Assembly: GCA_038868975.1 (NCBI GenBank)
Contig: JAWCSA010000085.1
Coordinates: 1 to 7,867, forward strand
DNA length: 7,867 nucleotides
DNA from: Nitrososphaerales archaeon
Lineage (GTDB): Archaea; Thermoproteota; Nitrososphaeria; Nitrososphaerales; UBA213
Reading direction: 5' to 3'
The stretch's first letter is position 1. Each line of letters begins with the position of its first letter. Below the pieces are notes generated by a model. It saw only the letters and a program-made list of their open reading frames with translations. It ran no database searches and was not told where the DNA came from. The position numbers and the translations under genes are program-made. Shown here piece after piece: positions 1-4,210 of this stretch.

Positions 1-2
1 TA

Positions 3-414
3 GCAGATGCTGCATATGACAGCAATATTACAAGGCTGATGATAGTGAAGAAGTTAAAGATCATACCATTCATACCATTGAATGCAAGGAACTGCAAGGG
101 TAGGAATGAAGAGGAGAAAAGGGCGCAGAGAAAGAAGCTGTGTCTGAAGTTCTATGCAAAGAAATATATCAAGAATTATTGGATAGACCCTGACTCAGCA
201 ATTCGATAAGGAATATGATGCAAGGACATTGTCAGAGCAGGGCTTTTCGATAGGAAAGGGCTCGTTGAATCTCGATTCGTTGAAGCATAGAGGGATAGAA
301 TGGGCAACGTTACATTCTACATGCATATGCATAGTTATGTTATTGGTAGCAAAGACAGCAGTAGAAATAGGAAGACCGGACCTTATGCGGTGCGTGAAAT
401 GCTTCCAAGGATAA
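3..414 (+). pseudogene. C-terminal part of a DDE transposase (IS4/IS5-superfamily, DDE_Tnp_1-like), cut by the window edge and interrupted by a frameshift near 187-209
   Basis: The frame starting at nt 3 reads ADAAYDSNITRLMIVKKLKIIPFIPLNARN...KKYIKNYWIDPDSAIR* (stop 207-209). The frame containing nt 196 is open from 187 and reads QQFDKEYDARTLSEQGFSIGKGSLNLDSLKHRGIEW...VAKTAVEIGRPDLMRCVKCFQG* (stop 412-414). The D-x-A-Y-D-S block (second catalytic D) and the Y-x2-R-x3-E-x2-F-x3-K block (catalytic E) are typical of DDE transposases. Here they sit in different frames. Confidence 0.6.
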
Positions 415-444
415 TTATTCACAGCCCTCTAGATGTGAAAAATC

Positions 445-526
445 CTAGAGAGCACGAGCTAACAATACTCTTCTACGGTATCTGTTTGCATGCACCCTAT
501 CCGCCCATTGTGGGCACTATGCGTGC
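445..526 (-). pseudogene. Possible decayed 5' end of a second IS110-family transposase gene (relic)
   Basis: The minus strand reads cacgcata-gtgcccacaatgggc-ggatagggtgcatgcaaa...agtattgtt. The intact gene start reads cacgcata-ttgtagct-ggactggatgtacacaag...agtatagtt. Matches are an exact 9-mer (518-526 = 1594-1602), 11/18 over the G-L-D-V-H-K codons, and 8/9 at 461-469 vs 1523-1531. All are collinear but carry indels and stops. This feature overlaps module B of the candidate RNA, so the two interpretations compete. Confidence 0.3.
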
Positions 527-585
527 GCTACGAGGCAGCTCCAATCATGGGATCGCGTATACTGACGCATCGAGATCACGGAGCT
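492..585. ncRNA. Candidate structured (bridge-RNA-like) non-coding RNA 3' of the IS110 recombinase. Strand unresolved.
   Basis: Module A: outer stem AGCTCC 537-542 / GGAGCT 580-585; 8+8-nt internal loop (543-550 aatcatgg; 572-579 gagatcac); inner hairpin GAT(c)GCGT 551-558 / ACGCATC 565-571 with a 6-nt loop.
Module B: outer stem GCAC 492-495 / GTGC 523-526; 7+7-nt internal loop (496-502 cctatcc; 516-522 actatgc); inner hairpin GCCCA 503-507 / TGGGC 511-515.
This stretch is locally much more GC-rich than its surroundings. All pairs are Watson-Crick, so the transcribed strand cannot be inferred. Confidence 0.3.
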
Positions 586-634
586 ATTAAATGCCTGATC
601 ATGATTTGTAATTCCCGCATGGGTCATAGTATGG

Positions 635-1606
635 CTATCTGTTCTTCAATACGGAATAGCAACACATCCAGAGCCTTCTAGCTGCAGCTACTTTTGCGAT
701 CTTCTTTCCTTTGCTCTGTGCTATTCTATGATACGCTCTTGTTATCGATGTATCATACTTCAGATGCGTGGTCACACATTCTACAGTTATCCACTTAAGC
801 CATCTAGATCCTTCCTTTGTTATGTTGCCGTATCTCTTCCTCGTACCGCTTGAATTCACAGATGGAACAAGCCCTGCATAAGAGCACAGATGCTCTCCGT
901 CGAAGAATCTCTTTATTTCTCCGATCTCAGATTTTATCAGTAACGCAGTGTAGTAACCTATACCCGGTATAGTCATGAGCAGTTTAGAATCATCATCTTC
1001 TGGAGCCATCCTCGTCAGTTCCAAAGATATCTTTGCTATTTGTTTATCAAGTGCTGCTATCACTGGTAGATAGCTTTCAACAGCATCCATTCTAACAGAG
1101 TGCAGCCATTTGATTCCCTCTGCTGTGAACAATCCGTACGCAGGTTCTTCTACACCATTGTAGAGCAGGCATGCTTTTATCTTAGCCTTGAACTTTGTTC
1201 TCGTCCTTACAAGGAATGCTCTCCTCCTAACTTTCTCCCTTAACTCAGCAACAGTTTCGTCAGGCATGTATGATAACGGCAGCGCATTAAGCCTAGTTAA
1301 CTCCGCAAGTATGGTGCTATCAACCTTATCTGTCTTTATCATGTTTTTGGATATCATCTTTGTCTCCTTTGGGTGTGATACCAGCACGTCACAGCCTTTA
1401 TGCTTCAGTTTCCTGTATATTGGTACAATTGATGTCGAAGCTTCCATCGCTACTCTTTCTATCTTATCTGCATATTCATCAAGAAATATCAGCAATTCCT
1501 TGTTAGGTATTCTCCTTCTGGCAACTATACTCCCATCAGAGCTCATCAAGGTAGCATATGTGTTGTCCTTGTGTACATCCAGTCCAGCTACAATATGCGT
1601 GCTCAC
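635..1606 (-). CDS. IS110-family DEDD transposase/recombinase, apparently intact (323 aa, GTG start)
   Basis: The N-terminus is MSTHIVAGLDVHKDNTYATL (G-x-D-V-H-K, first D of the RuvC-like DEDD domain), followed by VAMEASTS and KTDKVDS acidic blocks. The C-terminal Transposase_20-type block is IPGIGYYTALLIKSEIGEIKRFFDGEHLCSYAGLVPSVNSSGTRKRYGNITKEGSRWLKW, which contains the conserved S-G serine region. There are no internal stops. The only in-frame start near the conserved N-terminus is GTG at 1606-1604. Confidence 0.9.
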   Translation of the reverse strand: MSTHIVAGLDVHKDNTYATLMSSDGSIVARRRIPNKELLIFLDEYADKIERVAMEASTSIVPIYRKLKHKGCDVLVSHPKETKMISKNMIKTDKVDSTILAELTRLNALPLSYMPDETVAELREKVRRRAFLVRTRTKFKAKIKACLLYNGVEEPAYGLFTAEGIKWLHSVRMDAVESYLPVIAALDKQIAKISLELTRMAPEDDDSKLLMTIPGIGYYTALLIKSEIGEIKRFFDGEHLCSYAGLVPSVNSSGTRKRYGNITKEGSRWLKWITVECVTTHLKYDTSITRAYHRIAQSKGKKIAKVAAARRLWMCCYSVLKNR

Positions 1607-1624
1607 AGTATGTCGTGAGCACGC
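1597..1624 (-). promoter_or_regulatory. Perfect 10-bp stem / 8-nt loop hairpin that contains the transposase GTG start codon
   Basis: On the plus strand, GCGTGCTCAC (1597-1606) and GTGAGCACGC (1615-1624) are exact reverse complements separated by agtatgtc. In mRNA sense this is 5'-GCGUGCUCAC-GACAUACU-GUGAGCACGC-3'. The 3' arm begins with the GUG start and covers codons 1-3. The structure is a sequence fact; a regulatory role is inferred. Confidence 0.5.
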
Positions 1625-1656
1625 TGTTCTTATTTTCTTCTCATCGCATCATGGGA

Positions 1657-1677
1657 GATCTAATAACATTTAGTATC
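1657..1677. other. Bulged 7-bp hairpin in the region upstream of the IS110 CDS; structural counterpart of the hairpin at 551-571
   Basis: GAT-CTAA (1657-1663) / TTAG-(t)-ATC (1670-1677) with 6-nt loop taacat. The counterpart at 551-571 is GAT-(c)-GCGT / ACGC-ATC with 6-nt loop atactg. Both sit between the shared blocks atcatggga and tcgaga..tcacg. Confidence 0.5.
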
Positions 1678-1754
1678 GGATTCGAGATTCTATCACGTTA
1701 TTCTTGAACGGACTTTATCAAAGGTTTTCATTTATAACTCTATAAATTCATGCC

Positions 1755-1770
1755 AATGATAATTATCATT
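1755..1770. repeat. Perfect 16-bp palindrome AATGATAATTATCATT
   Basis: AATGATAA is the exact reverse complement of TTATCATT. The palindrome is flanked by TATA-like tracts (tttataa 1731-1737, tataaat 1741-1747). The positional counterpart in the other flank is the 8-bp palindrome ATCATGAT at 598-605. Both lie next to the shared atgcc block. Confidence 0.9.
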
Positions 1771-1775
1771 AATGT

Positions 1776-1826
1776 GGCTGCATATCTGTCAAGGGGGTTA
1801 CGATATTGCTTACTCTTCTATTGCAC
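1776..1826 (-). pseudogene. Possible decayed 3' end of another IS110-family transposase gene (relic)
   Basis: Collinear matches to the 3' end of the intact gene (633-680):
- ggct+atctgt: 1776-1779 and 1784-1789 vs 633-642, with a 4-nt insertion.
- tacgatattgc at 1799-1809 vs tacggaatagc at 650-660 (8/11).
- cttcta at 1815-1820 vs 675-680, with a 9-nt deletion.
The reading frame is broken by stops. Confidence 0.4.
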
Positions 1827-1833
1827 AACCGTA

Positions 1834-2688
1834 TTAACGAAACCTCCTACCTAGTATATGAGGCATACTGTATGCCTCATAAATGGTGGTGATTTCGAAC
1901 CCATTTTCCTTCAGCATGTTTGTAACAAACTTGTAATTTTCATCTGAATGAGCTTCTACTATTATTTTATCTGTAATAGAAAGTGCTATTGGAGCCGCGG
2001 TTAACACCTTATCCTCTGCTCCTTCCACATCTATTAATAACCAATCTATCTTGTTGAGAACAAGTGCCTTTACTAGTGAGTCTAGAGTTGTAATTTTCAC
2101 CTGTATGTATTTTTCTGTTCTGCCCTGAGATAAGAGACTATTTCTACCGGAACCGTTGGCACTTATGTAAAGCTTATCAAATCCCTCGCGATCACTTACA
2201 GCAACGTTAATACATTCAACATTTAACTCGTTAAGGCTTACATTTTCAACTAACACTTTAAAAGTTTCAGGATGCGGTTCAACAGCTATAATTCGACCTT
2301 TGTCAATGTATTTACTTGCAAGTAAAACATACTTCCCAACATTAGCCCCTATATTCACAAAATTATCATCTCTCTTTAATTGCTCCTGCAACAGCTTCAC
2401 TATTTCAGGCTCATGATAAGGGCTTAAGAACCCTAGATCTTCAGCACCGGGTCTTAAGTGAACCAAAAATCCATAATACTTCACTCTCGCACCACAAGGC
2501 ATAAAACTTCCAAATGTTAGATTTTTCCTAACAAAATAATCATTTCTTCTTCGTTTTCCTAAAAATAACCTAAGAAATAACCTTAGGGAAAGAAAAGCAA
2601 GCTTCGCATAAAAAATTGAAACTTTATCCTTTACTGTTAAACCTTCCGGTCTAGAAAGCCATTCTAATAGACTTTTAAAACCAACCAT
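1834..2688 (-). CDS. FkbM-family SAM-dependent methyltransferase (Methyltransf_21-like), 284 aa
   Basis: FVNIGANVGKYVLLAS is a glycine-rich SAM loop. IIAVEPHPETFKVLVENV and IDWLLIDVEGAEDKVL (the hallmark D-V-E-G-A-E block of FkbM-family enzymes) are also present. The ATG at 2688-2686 lies 1 nt after the stop of the upstream glycosyltransferase gene (2692-2690). Confidence 0.85.
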   Translation of the reverse strand: MVGFKSLLEWLSRPEGLTVKDKVSIFYAKLAFLSLRLFLRLFLGKRRRNDYFVRKNLTFGSFMPCGARVKYYGFLVHLRPGAEDLGFLSPYHEPEIVKLLQEQLKRDDNFVNIGANVGKYVLLASKYIDKGRIIAVEPHPETFKVLVENVSLNELNVECINVAVSDREGFDKLYISANGSGRNSLLSQGRTEKYIQVKITTLDSLVKALVLNKIDWLLIDVEGAEDKVLTAAPIALSITDKIIVEAHSDENYKFVTNMLKENGFEITTIYEAYSMPHILGRRFR

Positions 2689-2689
2689 T

Positions 2690-3844
2690 TCAGTCGACCT
2701 TGTTTGATTTTACGCCATAAAGTACATCGGTTATCAATTTTTTCATACTTTCTTTAAAAGTAGATTCGGAAAATTTATTTGCAATTTTGTTAAGGGCATT
2801 CCTTTCATACTGGTTGGAATTCATTACCTGCAAGATTATCTGTGACGCATGTTCCAAGTTTCTATAATGATAAATACTAGGGACAAATTCTGTCTGTCCT
2901 CCGTGATTTGGCACAACAGGAATCAATCCAGCAGCCATGGCTTCGACTATTGATATGCCAAAATGTTCGCCTACCATTGTGTGAAGATACGCCTTACTTG
3001 TTGCCATTGCTCCCAACAACGTTTCGAAGCTTGCATTTATCAGCATTGATACGCGTCCGCGCACCTCCTCTTCATTTGCAATTTTCAATAACTTCTGATA
3101 ATAAGGATAATTCGCCGGTATCAAACTTCCTATAATCTGCAGCTTTATGTTACGGGGTAGCATTTTTATGATCTTAATAGTGTTCTCAAGTTTCTTTTCG
3201 GGTGTATACCTCGATACGACTAGTATTTTATCCACCCTATTATTTGAGTTAAGGACCTGCGAAAATCTTTCCACATCAACAGGAGGGTATATTATGATTG
3301 GCTCAATATCAGGATAAATCTTCTTTATTGCCTCCTTGCTGAAATTGGAGTTGGTTAAAATCGTACCTCTCTTCATACCATAGTCCATCAATGTTTCCGT
3401 AAGATACTTGTATGGTTTGAAGTACGCCTTCCAAAAGAGTGAGTTCTGATACTTGCTTGGATATTCTTTCAACATTAATGCCAAGACAGGAAAATGCAGG
3501 TAGGCAATGTATGGAACACCAGCAGGTAAATAGTATGGAAGGACATCTCCATGCGTGTTGATCACTATATCAGCGTCTCTAACTCTTAGAGCTGGAATTA
3601 TTGTAAACAATCGCTGGTATATCCCAAAGTATTTGAATTTGAATGGAAAGAGTGCTATGACTCTGTCAACCTCAATCTTACGGCCGTACGCCTTTTCTAT
3701 CGCTTCAAATTCTGGTTTTTGAGAAGTTACAAGTTCAACTGTGAAGCCCATATCCTTCAGTAATTCTATCGTATTAACGGCGACTCTTTCCCCTCCACCC
3801 CTACTGTTAAGGTTATGATGAATTACAGCAGCTTTCAATTGCAT
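2690..3844 (-). CDS. GT4-family (GT-B fold, Glycos_transf_1) glycosyltransferase with ALG11-like N-terminus, 384 aa
   Basis: The C-terminal block is EHFGISIVEAMAAGLIPVVPNHGGQTEF (E-x7-E retaining-GT4 signature). The N-terminal HHNLNSRGGGERVAVNT and AYLHFP resemble the ALG11 / alpha-1,2-mannosyltransferase N-domain. ATG start at 3844. Confidence 0.9.
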   Translation of the reverse strand: MQLKAAVIHHNLNSRGGGERVAVNTIELLKDMGFTVELVTSQKPEFEAIEKAYGRKIEVDRVIALFPFKFKYFGIYQRLFTIIPALRVRDADIVINTHGDVLPYYLPAGVPYIAYLHFPVLALMLKEYPSKYQNSLFWKAYFKPYKYLTETLMDYGMKRGTILTNSNFSKEAIKKIYPDIEPIIIYPPVDVERFSQVLNSNNRVDKILVVSRYTPEKKLENTIKIIKMLPRNIKLQIIGSLIPANYPYYQKLLKIANEEEVRGRVSMLINASFETLLGAMATSKAYLHTMVGEHFGISIVEAMAAGLIPVVPNHGGQTEFVPSIYHYRNLEHASQIILQVMNSNQYERNALNKIANKFSESTFKESMKKLITDVLYGVKSNKVD

Positions 3845-3921
3845 ATCAATTATTCCATTCCAACCTTAAAGGGCTCCCCGAAGATAAACTATACCGCATG
3901 TCCTAAATTCGTGAGCTAACA

Positions 3922-3962
3922 TTACAGAAGAATTGTAGCCATTAGTGGAATATTTTCTGTAA
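3922..3962. repeat. 8-bp inverted repeat TTACAGAA / TTCTGTAA with 25-nt spacer in the divergent intergenic region
   Basis: 3922-3929 ttacagaa and 3955-3962 ttctgtaa are exact reverse complements. The repeat lies between the divergently transcribed glycosyltransferase and dehydrogenase operons. Confidence 0.8.
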
Positions 3963-3983
3963 CAAGAGGAATATAATTGAGCC

Positions 3984-4139
3984 ATGTTCTACATATTGAA
4001 CCTATCCCTCTACTTGCTTTCATGCGTATGCGTTCTAATTTCTTTATGTACGAACCCCATGCCTTCTTACAGGTATGTTCCTTTGTCTAACCAAGTTATG
4101 AGGCTCTTTAATATGTTTAGGAAGGGAGTTAACAGATAA
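3984..4139 (+). CDS. Hypothetical 51-aa hydrophobic small protein (below the ORF-track length cut-off)
   Basis: ATG 3984 to TAA 4137-4139 encodes MFYILNLSLYLLSCVCVLISLCTNPMPSYRYVPLSNQVMRLFNMFRKGVNR. It has one predicted transmembrane-like N-terminal stretch and a basic tail. A TATA-like aatatttt sits about 30 nt upstream. I recognise no homology, and it could be a chance ORF in an AT-rich spacer. Confidence 0.2.
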   Translation: MFYILNLSLYLLSCVCVLISLCTNPMPSYRYVPLSNQVMRLFNMFRKGVNR

Positions 4140-4210
4140 GGAGCTAGTCAAATGACTATATTGTAGACGCTATGCATATTAACCAATATATCTGCCCAAA
4201 GGTTTGAAGT

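Larger units (their letters stand above)
415..1833 (-). mobile_element. Maximum envelope of IS110-family material: one intact copy plus degenerate end fragments. True termini cannot be fixed from a single copy.
   Basis: The envelope is bounded by the stop of the DDE remnant (414) and the stop of the methyltransferase gene (1834). Collinear matches between the two flanks are offset by 1062-1159 nt, which suggests a repeat unit (element length) of roughly 1.1-1.16 kb. That size resembles compact archaeal IS110 members. IS110 elements lack terminal inverted repeats, so the ends cannot be read off directly. Confidence 0.6.

Noticed and set aside
187-209. Programmed ribosomal frameshift in the DDE transposase
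   Set aside because: No slippery heptamer is evident. The shift also separates catalytic blocks in a family subgroup that, as far as I can recognise, is normally encoded as a single ORF. A pseudogene or a sequencing error is more parsimonious.
625-639. Possible guide-target match between the module B loop strands (cctatcc / actatgc) and catagt-atgg-ctatc at the transposase stop codon
   Set aside because: The matches are only 5-6 nt and rest on the short ATAG/CTAT motif, which recurs throughout this AT-rich region. Their left/right arrangement is also opposite to that described for bridge-RNA guides. This is not distinguishable from chance.
195-681. Short ORFs 195-422 (-), 300-590 (+) and 490-681 (+)
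   Set aside because: They cross the DDE transposase remnant, the structured non-coding flank and the 3' end of the IS110 gene. They are better explained as chance frames in IS debris. ORF 229-414 (+) is the downstream half of the frameshifted DDE transposase, not an independent gene.
1188-1673. 161-aa ORF on the plus strand
   Set aside because: It lies entirely antisense to the well-supported IS110 transposase CDS. The sequence is low-complexity and Ser/Leu-rich with no recognisable motifs. This is a typical shadow ORF.
1755-1770. Fur-box-like appearance of AATGATAATTATCATT
   Set aside because: It contains the TGATAA/TTATCA half-sites but lacks the central spacing of the bacterial 7-1-7 or 19-bp Fur consensus. 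The host appears archaeal and the site lies inside IS-derived sequence. It is kept only as an unexplained palindrome.
2908-3135. 75-aa plus-strand ORF inside the glycosyltransferase gene; similar short antisense ORFs at 4573-4767, 4843-5028 and 5702-5986
   Set aside because: All are embedded antisense in CDSs that carry clear family motifs. They have no motifs of their own.
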